Of a stretch of DNA of 64,000 bases, positions 35,919-47,835 are shown in pieces. The translations under genes were made by a program, and so were the position numbers. The notes under the pieces are model-generated. The model was not told where the DNA came from. It ran no database searches and saw only the letters and a program-made list of their open reading frames with translations. The stretch lies in NCBI RefSeq assembly GCF_009834535.1, contig NC_045710.1:29574001-29638000 (forward strand), in the 5' to 3' direction. This stretch comes from Camelus ferus (Eukaryota). The stretch's first letter is position 1. Every line of letters starts with the position of its first letter.

Positions 35919-38184
35919 TATATAACACAGCAGTAACTGAGCCACAGCAATGGCCACAAGGAGTAAGATCAATCCACTGGAGAACTCCAGTGGCGGCAAG
36001 AGCAGGTTCACGATGGCTTCTACAAAGCACAGGGAGCTCCCCCACCCCCGACCCCGAGGGTCTGGTTACAAAGGAAGAGACCACCAGTAAGGGTCGCAAG
36101 TCACAAACACGTATACTCTTCAATTATTGCCTCAGGTTAGCAGAGCCTGCAAGAATAAAATCTATATTTAAGGACACTGAATAATGCTTTATCCAAAAGA
36201 AAAGTGCCTCGTCCTTTTAGGCAGAGCCACCAGGAAAGAGAACGTTTCTGCAAAGTATCGTGAGGGTTCCCATACATGAGCACAACTGCCAGGTCATGAC
36301 TGTGGAAGCAGACAGAGTATGCCAGGGGATCCTTCTCCTCTGAAAATCAGAGCTACCTTCCCAGTTCCCTACCATGTCGGGAAAGAGCGTCGCTGTCTTA
36401 GTTTAGTCAAGGTGGAATCAGCTTACCAGGGATCTCAGATACAGGACAGAGTGCAGAAGAGACACTTCATCCAGTCACCTTCAGCTGATTTTAGGTTCTT
36501 GTGATTTATCAAAGCATCAAGCAAGACCGGAACACAGTTCTAAGCTAAGCATGTTTCCCTTACTGGCAACAAACTTGTGAAACAGATGAGAAAGGACAGA
36601 GACCACCAGATGGCCATCAGCCAAGCGAGGCCGGCTTTGCTAACCAATGACTCAAACACATTTGTCACTCCTGCCTTCTGCATGCAGTTCCTGCATCTTA
36701 AAAACTCGGGGCTCCTGTTTCAGCCATCCTGTGTAGAAATATGCAGTCTATTTCCCTTCCTTCCATGCCGTATATATCATTTTTCCTGCTAGTTTCATAG
36801 TGACCTATAGGGATTGCAGGCAGTGAAGAGTCAGCCATGATTAACTAAAGGAGATACCTCTGCATCACAGACCATCCACTTCCTTCTCCAGCAGTCTGAA
36901 GATGAAATCTCATTTCTTTGTCGTTATTTCAGTACTTCTGAATTTCAGTAATGAATGAGACTTCCAGAGCGCATCTCTTTGTCTGGTGGTGAGTTCAAAC
37001 CTTGGCAGTTAGAAGGGAAGGAGGGCAGAAGAGAAATTTTGCAAAGAGCGTTGCCTACCAGGCCGGGCATCCCAGACAGCCTCCCAAGCACCATAAAGAC
37101 CCATCTCATTTTATGGACCGTCAAAGGCCCTGCAGTGCTTCTCAAGTGCTAAGTCCAAGATAACGTATTTTGTAACTTGTGAGAGAACAGCTTCGAAGTC
37201 AACACTGGTAAGGCACTGAAGCCTCAAAGGGCAGTCACACGCTACCCTCATGACACACGCACCATCTCTGAAACTGTCAAAAGTCAAGAAAAGAGCCAAA
37301 CCAGCAGGAGAGCTAACGATGGAGGAGGAAGGCAGGGCCGGTTTCCCACCAAAGATGTAAGCAAATGTCTCCACTGCCATGCCTTCCCGAGCCCCAGCAC
37401 GGGAGCCCTCCCTCTGGGATAAATGATGTCTGCCCTTCCCTTTTTCTTTTCTCTCCACTGAGATCCCTTGTCCTCTGTCCTTCCCTAAGAATCCTGAGAC
37501 GCCTCTAGAACAAACGTAGGAACCTAACTCAGGCTATCCCTCCCAGACGACAAATCTCAGGACAGTTTACAACAACCCGCAACAAGCCACTGAGAGAAGT
37601 TCAGATCCGTGACCAGGGATTAGTGTCAGGACCGGGGACCACGGTCAGGGGGAAAGACACAGAATTCTGACCTCCTTCCTAAGTCACAAACTTAAGTGGT
37701 TTCCTTGTCTGACACACACACAGCTCTCAGGAGGAAGCACTGATCACCTGAACCTACAAACACAGGTAGCAGGGAACTTCTCTGCCGTCAGCCATCAGGA
37801 GCACCAGAGATACTGATGGACAGTGAGTCACATTCTCTTTTTCCCAGGCCTCTAGAGCCTCCCAGCACCTTTGGTCTGATTCCACTAACAAACTCATCAG
37901 GAGAGAACTGGGTTGCTCACTAAGAATTTTCATATTTATTAAGTATAAAATCAAAAAACGAAAACAGTCCATTTTTGTGCTGATTCCGAGAAATAAAAAT
38001 AACAACCACACATAGTACTTCCTAGGTTGTGTGCTTTATAGCATCACCAAGTAAACGAAGAGGCCAGACAGTAAAGTGGTTATCCAGTTTTCTAGCTCTG
38101 GAGGACCTTGCACCAGTTACTTAATTTCTCAGTTTCTCTGTCTGTAAAGTGGGTATGATAAAGGCGCCTGCAGTCCTACAAAAC

Positions 38185-38402
38185 CAGGTATCTCAATGCC
38201 AACATTATCAACAACTGGGCCTGGATTATTCTATGTTGTGAAGGGCCATCCTGTGCCCTGCAGGATGCTTAGCAGTATTCCTGGCCTCCAACCACGAGAT
38301 TCCAGCCCCTCCCTCAGTTATGACAACCAAAATGCCTCCAGATATCACCAAATGTAATGCCTTAACTAAGGCACAATCGTCCTTGGTTAAGAATCACCGC
38401 TG
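38185..38402 (-). mobile_element. MER20 inserted within a MIR (about 38070-38470)
   Basis: CAGGTATCTCAATGCCAAC...CCTGTGCCCTGCAGGATGCTTAGCAGTATTCCTGGCCTC...TGACAACCAAAATGCCTCCAGATAT...GGTTAAGAATCACCGCTG; MIR halves flank it. Confidence 0.88.
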
Positions 38403-39034
38403 TAGCGGAATAGGCAAATCAATACATGTAATGCGTAGGCCTATTCCTGGCACATAGCAAACGCTCCATGACTCGACCCAGAGGATAACAGTCTGGAGAA
38501 TAGAGAGAGAGACTGTTCTCCAGCAAAGAGGACTGCACTATTCTTACAGAAATCCTAATAAAGTTACACATGTCTGAATCACCCTCCACCCCTCAAAGGC
38601 CTGGGTAACGAATCCCGGTGGCAACGACCAGCTGACAAACCTGTGAGTACTTACTTGATTATCTCTGCCTCCTCTCTGTTGAATGCTACAAGCAATTTGT
38701 TGAAAATAACGTTCATTATCCCCCTCAATACTTGAATGCCTCTCAGCCAGAGACACAGAGAATATTTTTATTGGACTTTACAAACAATAAAAATAACCCA
38801 TCTGGCCTCACTCTTTTTATCTTTGTTTAAAGGCCATTTTGTTAGAATATCAAAAAATCTGGTTTCCCGACTGCAGAGGGAAATGTTGTTCATGTCAGTG
38901 ACTCTTTGATGCCCGGCGCTCTCCGATGCTTGGAAATAACCAACGCAGCCATTCCACTGACAGGGAAGTCTCACTGTTAGACAGTTTATCTTTCTCCCAG
39001 GCCTGACTCTCCCTTCTCGTAACCTCTCTGTGTA

Positions 39035-39164
39035 TTTGGGGGGGTGGGGGGGGGGCGGAATTAGGTTTGGTTATTTATTTGTTTGTTTAATGGCAGTACT
39101 AGGGATTGAACCCAGGACCTTGCCCGTGGTAATCACACACTCTATCACTGAGCTATCCCCTCCC
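39035..39164 (-). mobile_element. Camelid SINE, long-tail variant
   Basis: G-run, AATTAGGTTTGGTTATTTATTT, AGTACTAGGGATTGAACCCAGGACC...CTCTATCACTGAGCTATCCCCTCCC. Confidence 0.9.
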
Positions 39165-39839
39165 TCCTGCACATTGTTTAGTCCAGTACTAACTATGTGG
39201 CTGCTCTGTGCAAACGCCATGGCCCTTAAGCCACATACATGCCCTACTCCCTTTTGTGACAGAAACACAGATAAATGAAGATAATGACAATCCTGACTTT
39301 GGTCCTCTCTTCCCTGACTAAAAATAACCAGTTCAGTTCACAATTCCTCATAGACAGTGCTGTCCTGGCCCCTAACCGTCTGCTCCCCCTCCTTCAGAAT
39401 CACTCTCATTTGTCAATGGACTGCCAAAATGAGGTGTCCGAACCGCACCCCACAGTTCCAGGTGTGATCTGACCAGTAAAGAACCTGGAAGGACTATTAC
39501 ATTGCTGATCCACATGAGTCAACCTGTAATACAGCCCAGGATGGCTGTCTCTTAGCAGGCAAGGCCTCCCAGACTCTCACACTTGAAGGCAAAGAACTCA
39601 GGTCTTTTTCATGCAAATTCCCTCCCATCAAGTTTACACACATCCTATATACTCAAGGTCATATTTTGAACCTATTGCTTGCAATCTTGTTGTCTTGAGT
39701 AGGGACCAGAATGCCAAGACAGCTTTGAATGTTGGGCCTATAAACCACGATCCAGGGTACTTCTTCCTCCCCCAATTTTTCTCAGCAGCTTTGGGTCCTC
39801 TTACATTTTGACTGACTGAATTGTTGTCTTCAACTAAAT

Positions 39840-40063
39840 CAGAGGTAGGCGAATATACAGCCCCTGAGCCAAATCCATCCCACCACTTGTGTTGTAAGTA
39901 AAGTTTTATTAGAACATAGTCCTGCTCATTTGCTTACATATGGTATGTGTGACTGCTTTCCCACGATAACAGCAAAGTTAAGTAGTGGCAACAGAGACCA
40001 TATGGCCCCCAAACCAAAAATATTTACCATCTGGCACTTTACAGAAAAAGTATGCTGATCCCC
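39840..40063 (+). mobile_element. MER58A
   Basis: CAGAGGTAGGCGAATATACAGCCC...AAAGTTTTATTAGAACATAG...AAATATTTACCATCTGGCACTTTACAGAAAAAGTATGCTGATCCCC. Confidence 0.9.
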
Positions 40064-40974
40064 ACACTAAAGCCTTGAAATATATAGAATAGAATCAAGT
40101 CAAAGACAGGGTGCTGAGGGCTGACAGTTGATTACAAATGATTAATCAGCACATTTAGGAGCAATGGTTCACAGTTTTGAATTCATGTAAAAATGTGATC
40201 ATTCCTAGGGTCCGTGCAAAATTAAAGACAAACTCTGCTCTTGGCACTGGCTGATCCTAATAATCCCATCAAAGTAAGAATGGGATTAATCAAGTAATTC
40301 ACTGTGGATTAATTAATTCAGGAATTGCTCTGCTATGATATAGATGGATGAAGGGGAAAATGGGGAAAAGAACAACTGAAGTTTGAAGCAATGACAGGAG
40401 GCTGGTGAGACTATCAATTCTAAGAAGCAGTCGGAGGCACAGGACGCAGAGGGACCTCTGTGGAGATGTCCGGATTTGTTCTGATGGTGGTTAATACTTC
40501 CCATTCATGCTGGCCTGCACTTGTTCCGGCCTGTCCTTGCTCCAGAGGCACATAACTTGGAAAATTACCATGGTCTCTGACTGAAACTGCTATCAGACCG
40601 GCTCCCCTACTGTTGCCCCATAGGCAGGTAATTACTTACCACACTCAACACTGTATTGGAATCCGAAGTCTCTCATGGTTGTAAATTCTCGCCTTAAATC
40701 CAGGCAACCTAAAGCCATCTGTCCCCTTTTAAACCCTATGCCCTTTTCTCATTTCCAACTAACAGTTCCCACAGCAGATTCCTAGAGCCAGAGCGGTCTA
40801 GATTATGTAAAGTAGGGCTGACTGCTGAAAGAAAAAAGTTACGTTTGCATTTGAAAACACATACATACTAAAAAGAACCCAGTTGCTAACAAATGTTAGG
40901 CCTGATACACTGAGCCTGAAAACCATCTGGGAATGGGTCATTCACCAGAGACGGAGAGAATCTTGCCAAGGTTA

Positions 40975-41185
40975 AGCTCGTGGGCTTTGGTATCTGGCAG
41001 ACCTGGAATGGAATTTGACCTGTTATTTGAGCCCTCCAAGCCTCAGTTTCATCTGCAAAATGGAGATAATTGTAATGCTTCCTCGGAGCCATGGTAAGAA
41101 TAAATGACAGAATGCACACAGAGTCCCTAGCACCTGGCACCTGTAAGCATCCAGTAAGTGCTCATTAGCATTGTTGTCATTATCT
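40975..41185 (+). mobile_element. MIR
   Basis: GCCTCAGTTTCATCTGCAAAATGGAGATAAT...CCTGGCAC...AGTAAGTGCTCATTAG. Confidence 0.8.
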
Positions 41186-41539
41186 GTATGTTCATATTAA
41201 CAAGCACACAATAGAAATCTTTGGAAATTCAAACGTTTTCTGAAACAGTGCCCGAAGCACCCCTCTCTGAACCACAGCCCTGAAACTTCATCCTCACATA
41301 AACACAAGGACATACAAGTTTTTAGCTTTTCCCAAGGCAAGAAAACAAGCAATGATGCAGCTGTGGAGGGAATGTTTTCCAGCCACCTATAACATGCTCA
41401 TAAAAGAAGTCATTCTGTCATTAAACAAGTAACTGCCTTTGTTTTATTACTTCTCCAAATAAAAATCACCCGTGTCGAACCTAACAGCCAGCTGCCCAGT
41501 AGTCCCCAAATCCTCCAGCCTTACTGTGTAACCCTTACC

Positions 41540-42151
41540 TGTAATATTCGTATTAAGATACAGGTTCAACTGCTTAAAAAAGAGAGAGATACAAAAACAC
41601 AGTGGCTCCAACAAGACAGAAGTTTATCTCACTCTTACGGAAACAGTCCAGAGATAACACAGGGGGTTAGGTGACTCTGCTCCACAAGAACACCCAGGCA
41701 CCCAGGCTCCTTCTACTTTGTTGTTTTCCTGTCTCCTGTGGCCCCTGGACCAGCAGCATTAGCATGAGCCAAGAGCTTGTTAGAAACACAAATTCTCATG
41801 CCACACCCCCCTCCCGCCACAATCTGTGCTTTGACAAATAAGACTTGTAGGCGCTGTCCTTATCTTGGTGGTCAAAATGGACTTACTGCTAATTCCATGC
41901 TCTAGACCATGGAAGGAGGAACAGAGGCGATGAGAGACAAGTCATGTACTGTCAAAAGAGTCAAATGGAAATTACACACACTACACCTTCTGTTCGTCTT
42001 CCACTAGCAAGATGCACGGTCAAAGGGACACATCTAACTGTAAAGCAAATGTTGTCTCTAGCAGGGTAGCCATGTGCCTGGGTGAAACTAGGGGAGTTCT
42101 AGGTTAAAAGCAAGAACAGATGTTGGGGAACAATTAGAAGTTTCTGCCACA
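41540..42151 (-). mobile_element. MLT1J-like LTR with a MER5A fragment inserted (about 41736-41850)
   Basis: CAGTGGCTCCAACAAGACAGAAGTTTATCTCACTC...GGCACCCAGGCTCCTTCTA...CACATCTAACTGTAAAG...TTTCTGCCACA; the insert contains GGACCAGCAGCATTAGCAT...CTTGTTAGAAACACAAATTCTC. Confidence 0.8.
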
Positions 42152-43264
42152 CTACTAGGAGAAATGGCTACTGCCTCCTCGTCCCCACACAGTGGGAAAC
42201 CCAACACCCCCAATATCTCTCAAAGAGGTTGCATTATTTCCTCCAGTTTTAACTTCTCCCACTCCCTAAATAATTATCTTAGTCATATCAGTCCTCTTCA
42301 GGCTACTCTTTTCTTTGCTTCCTCCTCTAGTCTCTTTCCTTCCTTTCCCGAAACCCTTCCACAAGAGCAGTGACGTGGAACAGTGATGACAGGGAACACT
42401 ACTGCACAGCAGATAACCTACAAAGACAGCCTTGTTCCAAAGCTCCCCTTGACCATTCCTCCCAGAACCTCTCCCTGGTCAGCTTTTTTGCTTTCCTCTA
42501 TCTCTGAGCAACTCATCCCCTCATTTCTCAGCCACCCATGGGACTCTAACATTGCTCCAGCTTCTGGTAAAGAGAAATTCTGTTCTCTCTTGGACTCTGA
42601 CTCAGCCAGTAGGGGCAGGAAGGCAGAGGGATCAGAAGCATCCCCTCATACCCAAAGAGAATAATAGTAAATTTTCCTAAACAAAGGCAACTCTCACTCT
42701 AACAGGAATTCTGCTATCAGCTTAGAAACAATACATTTTTTTTCTCCACCCGAAAATACATCATGGTGCCATCCTACATGGCAGTTCATCTCAGAAGCAC
42801 ACTGAGTGTTTTCCCAGTGGTGATGCTGTCGGAGTACCATGTAAAATGTAAGTCAACCAAATCAAAGGGATTCAGGAGGAGAGGTTACACAGTAAGTAGC
42901 ATTCGCTTCACGTGTTTATTTTTCATTCTTTAAAAAGGGCTCTTCAAGATGAAACTTGACTCTGAAATGGCAAGGACTTATTTACTGAAGCCTGGTTTCT
43001 GGACAAGCACTTTCTCCTGTACTATCAACGGGCTGTTTCGCTTAAGTTACCAAAGAGAAAAGAAAAGGTTTAGTTAATTTAAATCTTTATACAAAAGAAG
43101 TATAGGGTTAAAAAGCTAAAACAGCACAAGGAAGCACAAAATCAAAAGGCAACACCTCTCGCCCTACTCTGTTTCTCCACAAAGGTTATTTGTTAACAAC
43201 TCCATGTGCTTCCTTCCAGGAAAAAAAATGCATAATATAATGATTATGGGGAAGCATTTATTAG

Positions 43265-43478
43265 AAATTTACTCTGTACTACACACGGTACTTACCATTT
43301 TACGTGTAAGCATGTAACCCTCACGACAACCTTCTGATGGAGCCCAGACTTGACAGGTGAGGAAACTGAGACACAGGGAGAGACTTGGGCAACGGGTCAA
43401 GGTCACACACCAAGCAGCGGAGGGGAGAATGCGCCCAGGCAGGCGGACTCCAGAGCCCAGGCTCTAAAGCACCACACT
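43265..43478 (-). mobile_element. MIR
   Basis: CCCTCACGACAACC...GACAGGTGAGGAAACTGAGACACAG...CAAGGTCACACA...GACTCCAGAGCCCAGGCTCTAA. Confidence 0.85.
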
Positions 43479-43895
43479 TGGTGAAACTGTCTCCCCAAAA
43501 TGGACCGCAGATTTTTCAAAATAAAGCCATCAAGACACTCCAGGAACCCCAATGCAGCCGCTCAAGGGCTCCTAGCATTTCTAATTTATTCCCCACCCAA
43601 GAACTGAAAATGTATTTTTAATTAAAAGAAAATTACAAAATAGAGAAGATCCCCATGGAAATAGAGCCCCAAGGAGCAGCCAGCTGGTGGCTTCCTCCCC
43701 CGTTCCCCGAGCCCTTCCTCCTAAGGAAGTACTGGTGTGAGCACCTCGGGGATTACAGCCCGAAGACAGAGGGGCTGGAAGGGGATTCTTCCAACTGGAT
43801 GCGAGGCTGGGGGAGGGGCAGCTTCCAGGCAGTTCCATCGGGGAAGAGGTTGCTCCACAGGGGGTGGTGGGACTCCAGAGTCCCAGAAGGAGCAA

Positions 43896-44388
43896 TGCCA
43901 AAGAGAACTCTGCCAGACAGAGTTAAACAGGCAAGGAAGATTTTATTCAAGGCTCTTGCAGCAAGAGGGGAGAGGGGCTGAACAAAAGGCAAGGCGGGAG
44001 AGTCGTTAAGGGTCGGAGTGAGCTGGCAAAAAAGCACTGGAGGAAGGTAGCCGGGAGGCGGGGCAGTGTGATCAGGCCATCTGTGTTTGCTAGCTGGTGC
44101 TTGTGGAAGTGAGGCTCCTATCTGCCCACAGAGAGGGGGAGACAAGGCTGCTAGCGTTCCTGGTGAATTTATTTCAAAGGGGTGGCTCCCAGGTTCCTAG
44201 GTTATCAACCTGGCAAGAGGCTGGGAGAAGATTTACATTTCAAAAGGGCAGGGGAAGAATTTACAGGTGAAGGTTTGCTAAAGTAAACACTCTATGCAGA
44301 GAAGGTCAGAGGCCCTGAGTCCGGAAGAAGCCCTATTGCAGGACTGACAAGTTTGGCCAAACTGGTGGAACCTGCAGCCATCTGGCTC
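43896..44388 (-). mobile_element. MER31-like ERV solo LTR
   Basis: TGCCAAAG...GTTAAACAGGCAAGGAAGATTTTATTCAAG (antisense polyA signal)...AGGCCATCTGTGTTTGCTA...TTTCAAAGGGGTGGCTCCCAGGT...CTGGCAAGAGGCTGGGAGAAGATTTACATTTCAAA. Confidence 0.85.
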
Positions 44389-46759
44389 CGTCCAAGTGCC
44401 AGGACCCTCTGCACACTTTGCAGACGAGGCCCTGAAGCCCAGATCTGCAGCACCACTGTCTTTGTCCCCAGCGCAGCAGTTCAAAACGGATTTTTCTTTC
44501 CTTTCGTCGTGAAAATAGCCCGTTTGGGAAAAACGATTTGTTTCCCCATCGGCTTTGGCATTCTTCCCTCTCCTTTGGCATCTAAACCATTAAGACTTCG
44601 AAAATCATTTCATTTAAAGACAGAGAATTGAATAGCAGGGCTTTCTTAATCAGGTCTCAGCACTGCACCAACCGAGCTGACTTTGCGTTTTTAAAAAGCT
44701 GCCCGGCTTCCTGCGGAGGCAAGATAGCGACCATTTATAAAGGCGGCTGTTGCAACCAGGCGTTCTTCTGCTTAACGCAGGCAGCTCTGACCTGAATGGC
44801 TCAGGTACAGCTCTACTCAGAGACAAGACTCTCCAATGGGAGACACTGAAACACTCCCAATAGCAATTCATGCAGAAATTGTATTTAAGTAGAACTAGTG
44901 GGAACACAGCTCACAGCCCTGACTGTAGACTGAGCCTGCCTCTAACTCTGGAAAAGAAATAGAAGTCGCTCATTTAAGCCTCTTCCAGGGAGACTCTCTC
45001 AAGGCTTGTTTCCCGCCCCTTCTTTGGGGACGTGAAGGAGCCCTCCCACAGCTCGCCAGCGTCATCGAAGCATTGATTTCCTCTTCACTAGAAGGCTCAG
45101 CATTTACATCAGGACAGAAGACTCGCTTTAAGCAAACAATGCCTGCAGCTGCTTCCCCCATCACCAGACTGGAATGAGAGCAAAACCCGCAAAGTGGCAA
45201 TGGTCGCTCCTGTTTATCCCACAGCATCTCATCCTAGGATGAGCAGTCATGGAGCTGCTGTGCAGAGTGACTGGAAGACTCTGCTCTGAGGCCTGTGTCT
45301 TCATCCTTTCTTCTTCATTGCAAAATCGATCCTCTGCATCTCAGAAGTGCCATCCAGTTGTCCTAGTATCAGGGACCTGGGGAGTCCCAGAGGTGGTCCC
45401 CTCAGGGAGCCCCAGGAGCCTGCCCCAGGAGCCCCGGTAGATTCTTTGGTCGATTTAGGCAGAATGTGAACCAAGTGCAGAGACTGCTCCCATTTCATGG
45501 ACAGTAGCAGCACACGGTGCCGTAACAATGCAGGTTTTCATCTCCGAGATGGGGTACACAGCCCCTGCCTCCTCCTGAGGAAAACTGTGTGGTAGCCATA
45601 AGTGAGGTTCACATCCACAGGGTAAAGGAGAAAAGGGCCATCACCCAGTGGGCAGCTCAGAACCACACAGAGACAAGGGAGCATGTGGTCCCAGCTTAGT
45701 CTACCCAGGGATGGAAAACTCCACCAACCTGCCCCCGAGTCCTGCGCTTCCTGCCACCTCGCTTCCTCTAAAGCCTGCTTCATTTTTCAGGAAAAGACTT
45801 TCTTACCTGAAGCAGATATGCTGTTCCTCTGGGTTTTGTTTTGTTTTGTTTAATGTGTTTAAGGCTGTGTTGTTTTTATAAAACACCATTCAACTAACTC
45901 CCAGTGTGCCTGCTGCTTTTCAGTCAAGCCTCAAAGACTGTTGTGAGTTTCAAATTAGATCAGAGATCTTATTTTTAAATCACTATTTTTAAACTCATCT
46001 GAAAGGATTTTCTAAAACTGCCCAGTGAAATATCAGGCATTGTCATGGACTCTATAAAGGGGGGATGAATCCTTCCCAGCCATGGTATCCCAAAGTGCAA
46101 AGCTTCAAGCCCCCACGTGCCTGGATTAAATCCAGCCCATCTCTTCACCACCACCTGTACAGGTCCATAACTCACACCATTAAAATAAAAACCAGCAGAA
46201 AACCACAAAATGGAAGGTACTTACCCCAGAAACCTGGGGGCAAGAGAAGTTGTTTCAAGGAACGTTCAACTTGGCTCTGAGATTTCTGGAAAACAAGGCA
46301 AAAAGGAAAGCTTGATGGGCTCCGTGGCTTATTTAGCTTCTCACTAGTTTAAGCTCTAATGGGGTCCAGATTCATCTTTCTGGTTTTACAGATAAAGAAA
46401 CCTGGGCACAGAGAACACGGGAGTTTTGAGTAAGTTGACAGACCAGCCGAATCTGAACTTGATTCCCAGTCGATTGAGCCTTTCTGAATTCCTGTGCCAT
46501 TTTGTACCCTGGAGTTTCCCTCCAGCCCTCAAATACAGTCCTTCCTTGAACCTGAACAGAAGCGAGGCACACGTGGCCAGGGAAGACTTTTGGGCAGCAG
46601 CAGGATTCATACTTATGGGGCACTAGGTCATTAAGCTGGAGTCTGCATCCGATAATGCATGTATGCAGGTACTCACATCTTTCCTAGGAGGCACAGGATG
46701 GAGAAAAAACCACACTCTTCCACTATTGAGTTGTGTGAACTTGGCAGAGTGATAGAGAT

Positions 46760-46965
46760 GGAAATTAACACTTATAGCCAGGCCAGCTGAGCTAGGAGCA
46801 TTTGTATGGATCCATCTTTTTAAACTACATCTGAACAGCTTGCAAGTCGAGGGGAATGAGGCTCAGGTGAGAGCTAAATAGCTTGGCCAAGGTTGGTCAC
46901 TGTTAATCTGCAAGATGAAAATTTAAAACCCAAGTCTGTGTGACTCTAAAGCACAGGCTCTGCCC
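46760..46965 (-). mobile_element. MIR
   Basis: GGAATGAGGCTCAGGTGAGAGCTAAATAGCTTGGCCAAGG...AAACCCAAGTCTGTGTGACTCTAAAGC. Confidence 0.65.
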
Positions 46966-47044
46966 ACAAAACAGCACTGGCCCCAAATCCCACACTGCGT
47001 CTTTCCTCATTTACAAAGTCAGAAGGTCGTATGAATGGTCATTA

Positions 47045-47255
47045 AGAAAAGTCACATATGACACATACATACACATATGTGTGTAGCACTCAGGAAGGAC
47101 CTTAAAGAAATACCCCAAAGGGTTAACAACAAGTTTTCTCTGGGGTGGGGAATGAGCATGGCAGAGAGAGAGGAGGAGAGGAAGCAAGTATATATAAAAC
47201 TTGATTCCTTTACAATTAAAATGTATTTATATATCACATAATAAATAAAATAAAA
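47045..47255 (+). mobile_element. Old L1ME-type 3' end
   Basis: GGAAGGACCTTAAAGAAATACCCCAAAGGGTTAACAAC...TTTACAATTAAAATGTATTTATATATCAC. Confidence 0.55.
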
Positions 47256-47835
47256 GAGACTGAACAGATAATTCCAGAAGTCCTCTACAGCTATAATAAC
47301 CACGTATATTTTTCCTTAAGGTTCAGCAGCCTCCTGCAAACTCACTTCACCTGAAAATGCAGGGTGATTTTTTTTTTTTACTAACACCGTGGAGCAATAG
47401 TGCCACCCAGTGGTCACACTAAAAATTACAGTGTACCTTTCCCATAACAGGAAGATACCCTGTGTTCAACGTATCAGCCTTGTGGGAAAAAAATAGTTCC
47501 TTCTTTATTTAGCAGTGATAAGTAATTAATTTAATTTGATAAAAAGTAATTTTATCTATGGTAAAATTTTCTTCATTATTCCCCCAAGCCAACCAATGCA
47601 GTATTCTCTCTTATCCCCATGTTCACATTTTTCACTTTTAGGTTCACATACTCTAACAACTGGAATGAAACTTAGGCACCCGTGGAAACTGCCCACATCA
47701 TTTTACAGAGAAGGAAATCTGTGTCTAGGATGAGGGCCCCTCTTTTCATCAACAAGACCCTTCAAACCCCCAGCACCACCTCAAGTCCAGAGCTGGGATT
47801 AAGAGACAAGTCAAACGAAGCAACATTTGAGGTCA

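Noticed and set aside
36603-36617. CTCF-like CCACCAGATGGCC (similar at about 5823 and 33014)
   Set aside because: Each has a mismatch at a conserved core position; cannot be supported without ChIP data.
38643-38654. Back-to-back donor motifs GTGAGT / GTAAGT (GTGAGTACTTAC)
   Set aside because: No matching strong acceptor on either strand; a short near-palindrome is plausible by chance.
40640-40708. 69-nt minus-strand exon-like segment with a GTAAGT donor
   Set aside because: The acceptor lacks a polypyrimidine tract (GGGGACAGATGGCTTTAG).
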